From Azolla caroliniana (Eukaryota > Plantae > Polypodiophyta), in assembly GCA_043228905.1 (NCBI GenBank), contig JBHGNT010000006.1, positions 17,918,001 to 17,982,000 of the forward strand: a stretch of DNA of 64,000 nucleotides, written 5' to 3'. The position numbers and the translations under genes are program-made. Shown piece by piece: positions 14,301 to 27,700 of this stretch (its first letter is position 1; the number at the start of each line of letters is the position of its first letter). The notes below the pieces were generated by a model that saw only the letters and a list, made by a program, of their open reading frames with translations, did not search any database and was not told the origin of the DNA.

Positions 14301-14656
14301 GACTGTTATACACTGACATCGGAGGACTTCACCGCCATAAGGGATGAGCTGGCCGAAGATTTCACAGCCTTGGCAGATGAACAATTGGTGCAGGTCCGGC
14401 AACTCGTAGCTCAACTGGATGACGATCGGCTGGAGGCTCAAATCCAGTTTGAGAGCTATGAGCGGTCCCGGCTTCGGGAAGAAAAAGCGAGAAAGGCGGC
14501 ATCGATCAACCTTAGTGATGAGGAACCGTCGCCAATACTAGGACCAGATGGGGACCAGGCCGGGGTCAGTCAGCCAGAGACAACTCCGACGGAGGAACCA
14601 ACGAAGGAAACGCCGGTGCTAGAGCAACAAACAAAGCCGCAACCCCAAACGGAGAA
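11316..14656 (+). pseudogene. G1 accessory ORF3 (conserved N-terminal domain, low-complexity linker, coiled-coil-like region, conserved C-terminal block)
   Basis: Consecutive reading segments separated by stops; homologous to 24766-25490, 29715-32301 and 50110-51290; start uncertain. Confidence 0.75.
12968..13344 (+). mobile_element. Solo LTR (copia family B-like) inserted in ORF3
   Basis: TGTTG...TTTACA; flanks GATCG/GATTG form a 5-bp TSD with one mismatch; ORF3 resumes afterwards. Confidence 0.85.
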
Positions 14657-14900
14657 AGCACGTGAAGCAATTTGGTTCAAGAGACTATTTTAGGATCTGG
14701 GCATTCCCATCAAGGATCCGATTTTCCTGTATTGCAACAACATGAACATCCACCTGGCCTGCAACCCAACCTTCCACGCTTGGACTAAGCACATTGAGGT
14801 GCACTATCATTTCATTTGAGAACGTGTCCTAGTCGGAGATATCGATCTACAACACATAAGCACGACCCTCTAGACGGCTGCCATCTTCACGAAGGCACTC
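14657..14900 (+). pseudogene. copia RNase H fragment
   Basis: EAIWFKRLF, TKHIEVHYHFI, IFTKAL; possibly the remainder of the family B copy. Confidence 0.85.
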
Positions 14901-15485
14901 AGAGTCTGTGGGACTGCCCAAAGACCCGTTGAATATGGTGGGGGGTTGGCCGCCTATTGCAATTATGCCAGGTGCAAGCCACAATCAAGTGGGAGAATGT
15001 ATGTTGGTTATCATGGTAGGCCCCAGTTGACAAGTATGAACATCGAGAGGAGGGGATGACACATGTGATAAAGGCAGAAGAATTTTTTTTTCCACCATTG
15101 ACAATATTCACTCAACTCCTACTAATGTCAAAGCTCAAGTTGTGCTGGAATTAGTCAGCCCAATAGCTCTTTGGATTCTTTGGAAACAACGGTGCAGACA
15201 AGAATTTTCCAATCAAACCGTGCATCAAGCAACGTTATTGTAGGAGATATGGAATGATGTTGTAGCCACTCTAAAGAGCCAATATGATGGATCCGATGGA
15301 GTTGAAAGACAACGATTAGCCTTCATCCAACAATGGTCGTCCTCTCCCTTTCTTCAGTCAGTGGCCCACCATATAAGATGGAACTATTGAATCCCTATTG
15401 GGATTTGTATATAACATTCTCATATGTAAAATTTTATAACTAATGGACGGTTTTTTTTTGAAAAAAAAAGAACAAAGAAAAAAAG
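14898..15485 (+). mobile_element. L1-type LINE 3' fragment
   Basis: Translates to LWDCP and IALWILWKQRCRQEF, typical of the plant L1 ORF2 C-terminus; A-rich tract near 15461-15484. Confidence 0.65.
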
Positions 15486-17828
15486 ATGTGTTTTTGAGTT
15501 GAAACTAGCTTTTAAGAAATTAAGCCCACATTGAGGAGGTAGGAATAGAGTGTTGATTCTAATTAAAACAATGTACAATGATGCAACCAAGTAGTTCCTA
15601 ACAATGTCTTTAAAATGAGACACAATGTCTCTTAGATAAGGCACCATATGCTTTTGTGTTTACATTTTTATTTAATTATTGTTACAATAATTTCATTATT
15701 TATCGTTTGTTTATTTTAATAGTGCAACTATGTGCATCTGATGCTTTTCTCTAAGTTCCCATCCAACATGAAACTATGACCCAACATTTTTAACACCTTT
15801 TATTCCTATAGAACATGTTAACGAGAATTGTTTCTATTAGCAGTTTACCTAGTTAGTTAATAAACAGTATGGTAGACACTTTTTAGCACCTAGAAACAAA
15901 ATTGATATCTCCTTCACAATGAAGGGGACAATTGTAGCATCCATAGTTTCCAAAGGATAATTTCCCTTGACTTGCTAATTCTTGTTGCCTAATACGCCGA
16001 TTTCTATAACGTAGAGGGCATCATGGAGAGATTGAATGGTTGGTGGCCATTTCTAATGTCCATCCTCAGAGTTCTTTGGTTAAGTCAATGACAACTTCAT
16101 CCATAATAATATGGATGATGGAGATGATGATGTCATGGATGCCATTAATGATGATAAATTGTAAACCTCATTTAAGAGGTCGAGATGCTCAGAGAACTTC
16201 TATGCAACTTGCAACTGTAAGGGCATTATGCTGCTAAGGTAATTGTCCTAATATTGCATAGTTTGCATCTAATCAAAGTCAAAGAAGACGTTCAACCTTG
16301 AATTTAGAGGTAGAAATTCGAAATGCATAATTACATACCTAAATAATGAACAATTAGAGTGAAAAAATAAATGAATACATATTTCTATACACTTCTAATC
16401 TTTCACTTCTAATGTGACGTAAGTCTATAAGTTTAAACTCGAATACATCAAGGAGAATGGAAATTCTTACTAGTACCAATATAATATACATGGGAAACCG
16501 ATAGTGATGTCATAAATATTGGAGAAGCACCCAATGGCATAGTCATGGAATGTTTTTCCAAACTGAAGACTGTAGGTTTTGAGGTGGTTCACGAATGTCC
16601 TGTTTTTAGTATCACACATCGAATCACCAACAAGAACATGGTTATTATTAACAAGTGATCTTCTTCTTTTGATCGGCTCTGTCCTTCTTGACTCTGCCAC
16701 TGTCGCCGCTTGTTCCGACTTTTTCGGATGTGCCGACTTCTTCAGTCGACTTGACTCCCTTTCACTTCTTGTCTCCCCCCTGTTTCGGTCATTTCCTCCC
16801 GCTCTTTGGTTTCTCCGGTGACTTTACCTGTCATTTCGGTTTTTGTTTCGGTTTTCCCCCTCAAGTGCGACATGTTGTCGTGAAGATTCTTGGCTATGGT
16901 AGGGAAACCGGGTGGAGTGAATAAAACGGAGATGTGCACCGTTTGCACATCCTCAATAAAATGTGGATATTAGTGGGAGAAAGGGGAGATGTACCGCTCA
17001 GATCTAGGGTTTGGTAGTTTTCTTCGTCTTCTTCTTTCATTGGGGTTCTTCTTTGAGGGGAGGTTTAGGTTTTCATTAGGTTCTCCTCTCTCTTCTTGGG
17101 TAGGGTTTTGGTTGTTCTAGGTTTCTTCTTCTCCCTATTTTGAGTTTAGGGTTTTCAGGTTTCTCCTATCTTGTCGTCTTGGTGGGAAGAAGTAAGGTTT
17201 GTTCTTGATGGGTTTGGTGTTCTTCACTTTGTGAGGTTCTTCGTTTTATGTAAGTTAGGGTCATGTTAGGGTTTCGGGTGTTACTCTCTTCTTCTGCTTC
17301 ATGTGAGAGTTTGGTTTGGTTTAGGGTTTCTACAACGACGGCTCTTCGGCATTCTAGTGGCGGCACTTGGTGGTTTGTCTTCCTCTCCTCGATGGTGAGC
17401 ATTTCGCGTGGCGACCGGTTCGAGAAGGGGAGGGCAAAGTGGCACTGGAACACTCCACCATCTTAGGGGTGTGACCAACAGTGGACATCGTGGTCCTGGC
17501 GGCGCACTTGACTTGCCTTCGCCGGCCATTTCTTAGCGTTGTTGTATTTAGCCGATTATTTGGTAATAGCCACCGGATTCGTGGCATGTAAGCCGATTTG
17601 TTGCAAAAGAATTTGTAATATATATACGTTTGTGTACATTCCTCTTCAAGTTTAACATATTTGAGTTGAGTCCTTAATCGCGGCCAATCGTCTTCTTGAA
17701 ATCAGAATCTTCGTCAATCGGAAACCGATCCGATCGTAACTAATCCAGGTGTAGTCGATCTGGTCAAGAATCGAAGCGGCCGGAAGCTGACGGGCCGAAA
17801 CCCATAGAGCAGAAGATCTTCCTCCCTT

Positions 17829-20106
17829 TCACTCCCTAGTCTCAGACCCCCTGTGGTCCCGCCCAATCCGACACGTACGCGCGAATTTCCGCGGCAACAT
17901 CAAGATGCTGTAGCCCAAGCATGTTTGAAAAATGCTGCAACTTGTCTGATCCGAGTGGCTTGGTGAAGATGTCGGCAACCTGCCGATCTGTCTGAACATA
18001 TCGAAGTTCGACTTCATCGCTGAGGACCCGCTCGCACAGAAGGGGTAGTGCACCTCAATGTGCTTGGTGAGAGCATGAAACACAAGATTCTTGGCCAGTT
18101 GCATGCTACTTATGTTGTCACAGTAGATCGGGATTGGAGTCGGTACTTCGATTTGGAGGTCTTGTAGCAGCCGTTGGAGCCATATGGCTTGATAGATCGC
18201 AATGGTAGCGGCTCGATACTCAGCCTGAGTGCTCGATAGAGCGATTGTTAGTTGCTTTTTGTTGCTCCATGCAACAACCGCGCTCCCAAGAGAGAACATA
18301 AAACCGGAAGTGGACGGACGATCCGATGCGTCACCGGCGTAGTCGGCATTTGTATAACCGACTAGCTTTCCAGTTATACCATGTCGGTATAACACTCCCC
18401 GATCCTTAGTGCCGCACACATATCTCAATAGTTGGTGCACGCATTGAAGGTGCTCGACAGCCGACTTCTGCCTAAACTGTCTGATTGCTCCGAACGGATA
18501 ACTGATGTCAGGTCGGGTGATAGTTAAGTAAATAAGGCTTCCGACAATTTGTCGGAACCGTCTCTCGTTGCAAGCCGGTCCGGAGTAGGGACGAAGCTTC
18601 AGGTTCTGGTCCAGGGGGCCATTGCCCACTTGTTCATCTCTGACTAAAAACCAAGGGGCTGAATCATGTACACTTGTTCTTCAAGATCGCCTTGAAGAAA
18701 CACAGTCTTCACGTACATTTGGTGAAGATTCCACCGCCTTGACCAACAACAACCAGCACCACACGGACTGTCATCATCTTTGCTACTAGAGAGAAGGTCT
18801 CATCATAGTCGATTCAGTGGGTCTGTGTGTATCCCTTTACCACTGGCCAGGCCTTGTACCAGTTGACGGATCCGTCGGCATTATACTTTACCTTGTATAC
18901 CCACTTGCAGCCAATCAGTTTGCAGTGTCGGGGAGGGTCAACCAGATCCCAGGTGACGTTGGTATCGAGTGCCCACATTTCTTCCTCCATCACGACACAC
19001 CAGTTTGCATCTTTCGCCACTTCCGCATAGCTCTCTGGCTCACGCAATTGCACCACTTTTGTCATGTAGTGATGTGCCATGTACTCATTATAACCGTACA
19101 GTTTGACAGGGTTCTTCTGGTGGGTAGATCGACATAACTTCTCATTAGCAGATTTAAGGGTCTTGTTGGCCGATTCAGACTTCGTCACCGAAGGTCATTC
19201 TTCATTCCTTCCGAAGTCAGATTCACTCGGCTGCTTGTGTGGGGAGAGCACAACTGAGTCTCCACTACTTGATGATTCATCATCATGTTGGTCATTTTGT
19301 CTCAACTCTTCATTCAGCCCGCTTAGCCGGAATGAGATCAGACTCTCATCTCGAGTACCAAACTCTCCTTCATCATCTTTTGCCTAGATCATTTCAGGCT
19401 CACTGGCCTCATCCTCTGTGACCGGGTAGTTGGAGTTGTCGAGGGTTAGAGCCGGAGTTGCCAAGGAGTACCATGATGCCCACTCATCGAACTCGACATC
19501 GCGACTTACTCACACTTGTTTGGTCCGGGGGTTATAACACACTTGTACCCCACCCCTTCTGTTCATATGAGTAGCCGACCAAAATGGACTTCTCTGACTT
19601 TGGGTCCAACTTTCTCCGGCTCTCAACCAACACATGCACATAGGAAATATTGCCGAATATCCGTAGGTGTCATAAATTTGGCTTTCGCCCGAAATACAGT
19701 TCGTATGCCGACACCTTCTCCCCGATCCGATTTTGGATGTAGACGGCCGTTCAGACTGCTTGAACCCAGTAGAACTAGAGCATGCTCTTCTCTTCCAACA
19801 TTTCCCGTGCCTCCTTGACGATAAACCGATTCTTCCTCTCAGCTATGCCATTCTATTCCGACGTGTATCGGCAGCTGAATTCCCTTCAAATTCCTTTCTA
19901 CTGCAAATAACTATTGAATTGGCAGGAACTTGATCTTCCTATCCGTTTCCCATTCGACTAAATTCTGTAAGTTTTGGAAACAGTCGAAAACTTCGCTTTT
20001 CTTTTCCATTAGGTAGATCCATGTGTACCGGCTATAGTCATCGATGAAGGAGACGAAATATCGAGTCTTGCCAAAACTAACATTTTGTGTTGGTCCCCAT
20101 ACATCC
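17829..20106 (-). pseudogene. copia C integrase-RT-RNase H, degenerate with internal deletion
   Basis: GCKWVYKVK, VGSLIYLTITRPDI, YTNADYAG, TKHIEVHY motifs. Confidence 0.9.
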
Positions 20107-20542
20107 TATCATGATATGGCATGATATGGCTTCGAAAGGATTCAGAACCCATGACCTTGTGTTACATGGGCTAAAACCTTGCCATTAAACCATGAATTGT
20201 AATATGAAAGATATTAGTTTCATTTATTATTTCTATAGGAAATTCATGTATATTCTAGATTACTTTGGAACATTCTAGAAACTTCAAGAGTAATCTTGAC
20301 AACACTATAAATAAAGGCAAAAGCCATTATTCCGAACCAATTCGGTTCAACTCCAGTCTTAAGCCTCCTAGCTGTTCTTGTATCTCTCTTCTTATAATAT
20401 AATATATATCTTGTTGTCATCATTATCTCTCTCTCTCCTCTCACGTGGTTGTCACACACTTTTTCCCTTCTTAGTACTAATCCTCATTCTTCTTCTCTAT
20501 CTTTAATACTAATTCTCCTTGCCTCTAGTACTATCCTTGACA
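20107..20542 (+). repeat. Chromovirus 5' LTR
   Basis: Aligns over its full length with 47468-47909; start reads TA rather than TG; TATAAATA at 20306. Confidence 0.9.
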
Positions 20543-20679
20543 GTTTGAACCGAATTGTCTTCAACTTCGTATCCCTCCTTCTCTTCATACTAATCTTCTT
20601 ATCCTTCCTTCCTCTAATACTATGGCAATTGTTAGCGCTCAAGAATACCAATCTGTTTTCTCGGAGCTGTAGTGCTTGA

Positions 20680-21114
20680 AAGAAAGGTTTGTCGCATTGG
20701 AACAAGAAAATCAACGATTGTTGGGGGATCTTCAACAAATCTCGTTAGAAAAGCAACAAGTGCAACAACAACATGGGGAGTTAGCATTACACGTGTAACA
20801 ACTTGAAGCAACCATTGTAGCATTGCAACAACAAGGATCAAGTACTCAAGGGATTCATAAAGAGTCCAAGATCGGCCTTCCTATGAAATTCGACGGAACA
20901 CGATCAGAGTTCAGAGGATTCTTTAATCAAGTATGATCAATCCTTCAAATGTATCCTTCCAGATATCCCACCAATGCATCATGAGTGGGTCTAGTAGGCA
21001 CATTACTGAATGGCTCTGCTTTGGCATGGTTCGTGCCGTTGTTGGAAAAAAGTTCTCCATTACTAAATAATTTTGAAGAGTTTATAAGTTAGTTTAAATC
21101 CTGTTTTGGAGATA
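20680..21114 (+). pseudogene. Chromovirus gag N-terminal half
   Basis: Coiled-coil-like segment, then PMKFDGTRSEFRGFFNQ and LNGSALAWF, with stops. Confidence 0.8.
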
Positions 21115-21701
21115 TGACAGGAATATGCGAAATAATCTTCAGACATAACTGAGAGTTAGGTCACTTTAATGATAATCAAACACAGAAAGATGAGAAATGG
21201 AAGTAAGTACACAAAACAGAAGAGGATGCACAAGATGTTAACATGGAAAACCCTAAACGGGAAAAAACCACGGGAGTCCACAAACTCCAACTCTAACTAT
21301 GCAAAGAGAATACAACAGGGGAACACAGAGGCAACGACCTCGTGCTCACAATCTTCACCTAATGGCGGTTACAAACAGAGACTCACTCTGTCTCTCTATC
21401 TCTCTCTGGTACGCTCTATATAACAATTACACCAAAACATAAAATCTATACAAAATAAGGACAACACTATAATACTGTTTGCCCTAGGTCATATTTATAC
21501 TAATATAACTTTTGGTCTATTTACAAATATAGCCCCTTTGGGCTCTCTGGAACAAATTTACATATATGTCCCTTCATCCGGTGAGAGGTTCTCACCGGGC
21601 CTGCAACATCCGGTTCTCACCGGGCCTTCATAATCCAGTTCTCACCGGGCCTTCCTTTGCTGGGTACTCATATCCCATCCGGAGGGACCAAAATCCTAAC
21701 A
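21115..21701 (-). repeat. 3' LTR of Tork/Tnt1-like copia (family D, copy 1)
   Basis: Adjacent to PPT complement aactcccccttc; shares GTGGAAAACCC and CATCCGGAGGGAC motifs with other D LTRs. Confidence 0.85.
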
Positions 21702-21711
21702 AACTCCCCCT

Positions 21712-24700
21712 TCACTCCGGCATGGGATGCCTCGTCAATCCGATCCTCTTCCTGCATGCATCTAGCTTGTCGGGTGTCAACACTTTGGTCAGCATCTTCG
21801 ACCCGTTCTCCTCCATGTGGATCTTCGTTAGGACGAACTCTCGCTTTTCCACTCGCTCCCGGATCCAGTGGTACCTCCGCTGGATGTGCTTCGTCTTGGA
21901 ATGATACGCTGCGTTCTTCGCAAGGTGGATGGCACTTTAACTGTCGTAATAGAGCTGGTATTCCTCTTGCCGGATCCCTAGCTCTTCGATGAAGTCCTTC
22001 ATCTATAGTATTTCCTTGCCGGCTTCAATAGTCGCCATGTACTCCACCTCCGTGTTTGACAACGCAACTGTCTTCTCCAACCTCGACTGCCACGAAACAG
22101 CTCCCCCTGCATATGTCATAACATATCTTGATGTTGACCGGCTAGTATCCACATCAGCCGACATATCCAAATCAGTGAAACTGTCAAGTTGGGGTTTACC
22201 GGAGCTAAATCGGAGATACATACTTGAGGTGCCTTTCAAGTATTAGAGTATCCATTTTACCGCATTCTAGTGCTCCTTGCCGGGATTGCTCATAAACCGG
22301 TTCATCACTCCGACTGCATATCTGATATCCGTTCGGGTACACACCATTGTGTACATTAAGGTCCCGACGGCAGAGGATTATGATATCTTCATAATATCCG
22401 CCTTCTTTGCCTTCGTCTTCGGGCTTTGCTTACCGGATAGCTTGTAGTTTGCCGGAAGTGTCGATCCGACCGGTTTCGCGTCCGACATGTTGAACCGCTG
22501 AAGCACCTTTGTCACGTACTTTTCTTGTGACAGCCAGAACTGCTTCGTTGACCGGTCGCGGATGATATGCATCCCCGGTATCTGTCTTGCCGGACCCAAG
22601 TCTTTCATTGAGAAGGTCCGGTTTAGGGCCTTCTTCAGCATCCGTATCTTGACTTGGTCTCGTCCGACGATAAACATGTCGTCTACGTATAGGAGGAATA
22701 TCAGGAAGTCTCCCCCTTCGAACTTCTTCACAAATACGCAGTGATCGACCTGTGTCTTATGGTACCCTTGATCGGTCATGAAGGAGTCGAGAGCCTGCTT
22801 CAAACCGTAGAGGCTCTTCTTGAACCGGCAAACCAAGTGCTCCTTCCCTTTCTTCACAAATCCCTCCGATTGTTGCATGTAGATCTCCTCTTCGAGGTCG
22901 CCATGGAGGACTGCCGTCTTCACGTCTAACTACTCTACCTCGAGTTCCATGCTTGCCGCTATGCTCAACACCGTCCGGATGGAAGTCATATTTACTACCG
23001 GGGCAAATATCTCGTCGAAGTCCATGTCCTTCTTCTGCTGGAACCCCTTCACCATGATCCTGGCTTTGTATCTCGGGGGGTTACCGACATCTCCCGGTTT
23101 TAGTTTGTACACCCACTTGTTCCAGAGTGCCCGCTTTCCTTTCGGCAACTCCACCAATTCATATGTGTGGTTCTCATGCAGGGAATCCATCTCGCCCTGC
23201 ATTGCACTCAACCACTTGTGCCTATGGGTGTCATCCTTCGCTTCTTCGAAGCTTTCCGGCTCCCCCTCATCGATCAACAACACATGCTCTGCATCTGGAA
23301 ATCTTCGGGGGCCTCTTCTTTCTCTGAGAGGGTATCTCCATCTTTGGGTTTTAGCAACCGGCTCCTCTATTTGTTCTTCATTCGAATCTGATTCACGGTC
23401 TTGGCCGGTTCCGGTTTTAGCTTCCTCTTCTTCTTCTTTTGCCGGTTCGTTATCCTCACCGTAACCGACTAGTTCCTCGAGTGTCAACCGGCTCTTAGCC
23501 GGGTAGGTCCGAATCTCATCGAACCGGGCCTTACCGGTCGACTCGGAGTTCATTATCTTCTTCTCCGACTCCTAGTCGGAAAGGGTCTTGTCCTCCATGA
23601 AGATAATATCTCGACTCCGGAAAACCTTCTTGTCGACCGGATCCGACACTCATCATCGCCGTATTCGAGGAATATGCAAGGCCGGGACTTTGGATCCAAC
23701 TTCTCTCTCCGGTCCTTTGCAACAATCCAAACACCTTTAGATGCTGGTAAGACACTTACCGGTGCACACTCTCTGCGGCGTGTCTCCATCCAAGGGCACT
23801 GAGGGTGATCTGTTTATCACGTACGTCGCTGTCGCTAGCGCCTTAGCTCAAAACTTCTTGGGTAACCTTGCATGTGCCCGCATACTCCGGACCCTCTCCA
23901 TTATGGTCCGGTTCATCCTCTCGGCTAGCCCGCTTAGTTCCGACGTCTTTGGCACGGTAAATTCGAGCCGGATTCCCTTCGAATGGCAATACTCCTCGAA
24001 CTGCCCCCAATATTCTCCTTTGTTATCTGCTCGAACCACCTTCAGCTTCCGGCCGGTTTCTCTTTCCACTCTTGCGTGGAGCTCCTTGAAGATGGATAAC
24101 ACCTGATCCTTCATCTTCAACGGTGTGGCCCACAACTTCCGGCTGTGGTCATTTATGAACGTCACAAAGTACTGCGATCCAGCATGTGACTTCGTGTCCA
24201 CTTGACACACATCAGTATGCACCAGCTCCAGTGGTGCATTACGTCTCATCGATGCCTTTGATAGGAAGGAGGTCCAGTTTTACTTACCGACTAGGCAGTC
24301 GGTGCACCTCTCAAGATGGACGTCCTTCACCGAAATGAGTTTGTCATCGGCAAGCCTCTTCATCCCCTTGACACTCATGTGACACAGTCTCTTCTGCCAC
24401 AACTCACCGTCAGTGTCGGATGCCACATTCACTTCTTCTAAGCATAACCGGGCATTCATTAGATACATCGTGTTGACTTTCCAAGCCTGAGCCACTATTA
24501 GGCTCCCTTTGTTGAACTTCATAACACCATTCCGGATGTTACCCATGTAGCCTTCATCATCTAGCCGACCGGCTGATATCAGGTTCAGTCGAACCTCCGG
24601 AACGTGTCAGACATCCTTTAGCAGCAACTTGCATCCGGTTGGTGTTGCCAACCACATGTCTCCTATGCCAACAATTCGGCATGTCCCTTCATTCCCTATC

Positions 24701-24765
24701 TGGACATAACCGTGCTCACCGGCTGTGTAGGATGAGAAGCATTTCCTATCCAGGGTAAGGTGGAA
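21712..24765 (-). pseudogene. copia D copy 1 pol (PR end, INT, RT, RH), degenerate
   Basis: Colinear with the intact ORF 61167-63998; YVDD, LVHTDVC, many stops. Confidence 0.95.
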
Positions 24766-27700
24766 TGATGCTGGTTTCGGGATGTCGTCCGTTGCTCTTC
24801 CCCGCTTCTTGATTTGGACGGGCTCGACCGATGTTGCCAACAGGGTGAGCCATTGTGTCACCGCATGCCATATTTTCCAGCCCTCCTTGCCGTCCTTTCC
24901 TCTTACTATATCAATCGCCGTACACAGCCCGTCGGCGATCAACACCGGCCAATCTACCTTGACCCCTTCGTACGTTGTGATGATCAAGCCTGCTCGGTTT
25001 TGAGGCATGATGGGGGGTCGAGGGTACACGTGGCCGAACTCATGGAGCACCCGGGCAATTTCTCGGAATAACATATCTCGCCGCCCTGTGTCCTGTAGCC
25101 CTTGCTGGTTAGAGAGTACTCACCGAAGTATTTGATGAGTTGCTCGGAGGTAGGATTGTCGATCGTGTAGATGCCTCCCTCCGGAAGGCCTATTAACACA
25201 CAGATCGCCTCCTCCATGATCACCTTTGTGTAGATTTCTTTTATAATCTTTTCGGCCTCCTTGTGTGGCGCCGCCTCCATGATTGTTAAGAAACCCTCCA
25301 GACCGTGCTGCCGTAACCATTTCTTGGCAGCTTCAGACAACGTTTGGCAGTCCATCTTTGCGTCGAGGTCGGAGAGCATTGGCGAGGTTTGATGGTGGGG
25401 GGAGTGTGAGAGAGAAAGTTCTAAGGGAGGGGATTCTCTGTGTGCGAGCTCTCTACGATTGATCTTCACGCGTCGCTCTGCGTCTGTTCTCCTTGGTTGT
25501 GTTGGTACTCGTACCTTCGCTTTTCCCCGCTGGAACGTAATCATATTCCTCCTCCAGTTCTGCTTGATATGTGCCGTCTTTAACCAAGGGCATCCCAAAA
25601 ATAATGGGTATGCTCCTTGAGCCTGCAACTGGAGAACTACGACTGAGATTTGGAATGTGTGGCCCCCGATGGTTACTTCCAAGTTCCGTATTAATCCTGT
25701 TGGTCGCACCGAGCTTGTGTCTGCCATTCGGAGCCAGAACGGACATGGCTTCCACTCTTGGATTCCAAGAGCATCGCACATCCGGAGGCTGATTACATTA
25801 ACGCGAGAGCCTCCGTCTATTATCGTGTCGGGGAGTTCTTTCCCTTTGACAATGGCCGTAATTGCCGGACTGTTGGTGTCCACCACGGCCGGTCCTTCCT
25901 CCGGATTTGAGAAGAATGCCGGAGCCGGTGGTGTGCCGCTTGCCGTCATGCCGGGCTTGAGTCCTTTTGTGAATCTTGGTACTAGCTGCAAGAGTTATCC
26001 TAACGGCAGCGTGATCTGGCATTCCTGCAATGCCTGCCATGTCACATTTTCGGACTGACTGCCGCCGGCGAGCTCCTCGGTGTTCTCCTTTTGCTGCGTG
26101 AGTTCTGCTATGTTTCGCTCGTTTGCCTTTTTCGCCCATTCCGTCACCTGTTTCCGGATGGCCTCTTGTGTCTCCCATTCCGTCGTCTTGCCCTTCGACC
26201 TTGTGGTGATCTGCTGGAGGTCTACGACTTCGGGGACTACCATGTTTACTGCCGGTCGCTTATCATAGCTCTTTGCCGGACATTGATTACTATAATGTCC
26301 TTCTTGCCGGCAGTAATAGCAATATGCTTTCCGGGTGTTGCGGGATTCGGCATTGTTTCCTGTACCCGGTGGAGGACTTGTGGTAACTGCGGGGCTCTGG
26401 TCCGGTTGGTTGCTTCAGGCGCCTTTTTCCGGTTCACGTGGGTGGCTCCCGTTTTTGAAATGCCGTTTTTTATTAAAGTTCTTTTTGTTGCGGTACCCTT
26501 GCCGGGGTTGGTCGTCATACCTCCTGTAATCTTCCCGTCGTTGGTGATACCCGGGGGAGTGATCCCGGTTGTGATGCTCGTACCGTCCATTGTAATCTCG
26601 GTACTTGTCATATCTCGTCGATTGTCGTACCGTCCATAGTTGTCTCGCCGATTGTCGTACCAGACATCTTGTGTCGGTCGATATCGCTCCTCTCGTCGCC
26701 AGTGTTCGTCTTCTTCGTCTCAGCTGCTACGTGGCTCGATTTGCCGGACTGGTGGGGCTTGCTGATTCAATAAGTTATATTCGTACCGGTCCATCGTGTG
26801 GCTCGTAGATTGGTAGAGTAAGCAGTGCGTCCACATGGTGCACTCCAGTGACGAGTGTCCGGAATTCAAGCAGGTGGTGCATTGGATTGCTTGCCGGAAA
26901 CGGAGATCCTCATCGGTTGGTAATGCTCGTTGGAGGGCTCCCATTGTTAGCCAAGAGCTCGTTTTCTCCATTTCTCTAACCCAGTCGATGACTTGGTCGA
27001 TGGTGCTTGTGCGAAAGTCGATGATCGTGCATACCGTTCGTAGAGGTTCTCGGAGTGCGGCTAAAAATATAGCTCACGTTTCTTCCTCCAGAGGTGCGCA
27101 GGTAAGCTGATTGTGCATCCGTTGAAACCAGATGACAAACTGTGGGATGCTCTCCCCGGGGTCTTGCCGAATTGTATAAAATAAGCCCACCATTTCTCGC
27201 TGATCCACCTCCTTCTGGAAGAAATGCAAGAATTTGTCTTTCAGGTCCGCAGAGGTGGTGATGGTGCTGTGATCCTGCGTCCAGTGCCATCTGGCGGCCG
27301 GTCCTTCCAATGTCACGCCGAATTCGGCTATCTAAGATCATTCCTCTTCTGCCGCGGTTAACCGTTGTGACACATGGTTCGCTTCCCATGTTTGTTCAAA
27401 CGCGTGAACATGAGCCTCCGCGTTCGGGTCATCCCGATACTTGGAGTACTGGAACGACATGTCGTCGTCCGGTGTCGGTACGCGGGCTGGCGGTGTCGGT
27501 GGTCTTTCCTGCTGTTCCGTCGGTGTCTGAGGTCTTTGCCGGTCTTCCTTTGGTGTTGCCGGCTCAACTTCCGGTGTTGGAGGTTTTTGCTGGTGCACTT
27601 CCGTCTCCGGAGGTTGCTCCACGACGAGTGCCAAAGGTTCCCGGTCTGCCAACTCGAGTCCCGGTGTCGGTAAGGTATCCGACTCCTCGTCCTCCGGTCC

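Larger units (their letters stand above)
4840..14656 (+). mobile_element. Ty3/gypsy non-chromovirus (Athila-like, family G1), 3'-truncated, with extra ORF3
   Basis: LTR, PBS, gag, PR, RT, RH, INT order, then a long additional sense ORF; no additional Tat-type RNase H seen; no 3' LTR. Confidence 0.9.

Noticed and set aside
24607-25074. Novel 155-aa protein
   Set aside because: Chance read-through across a gypsy ORF3/copia protease junction near 24766
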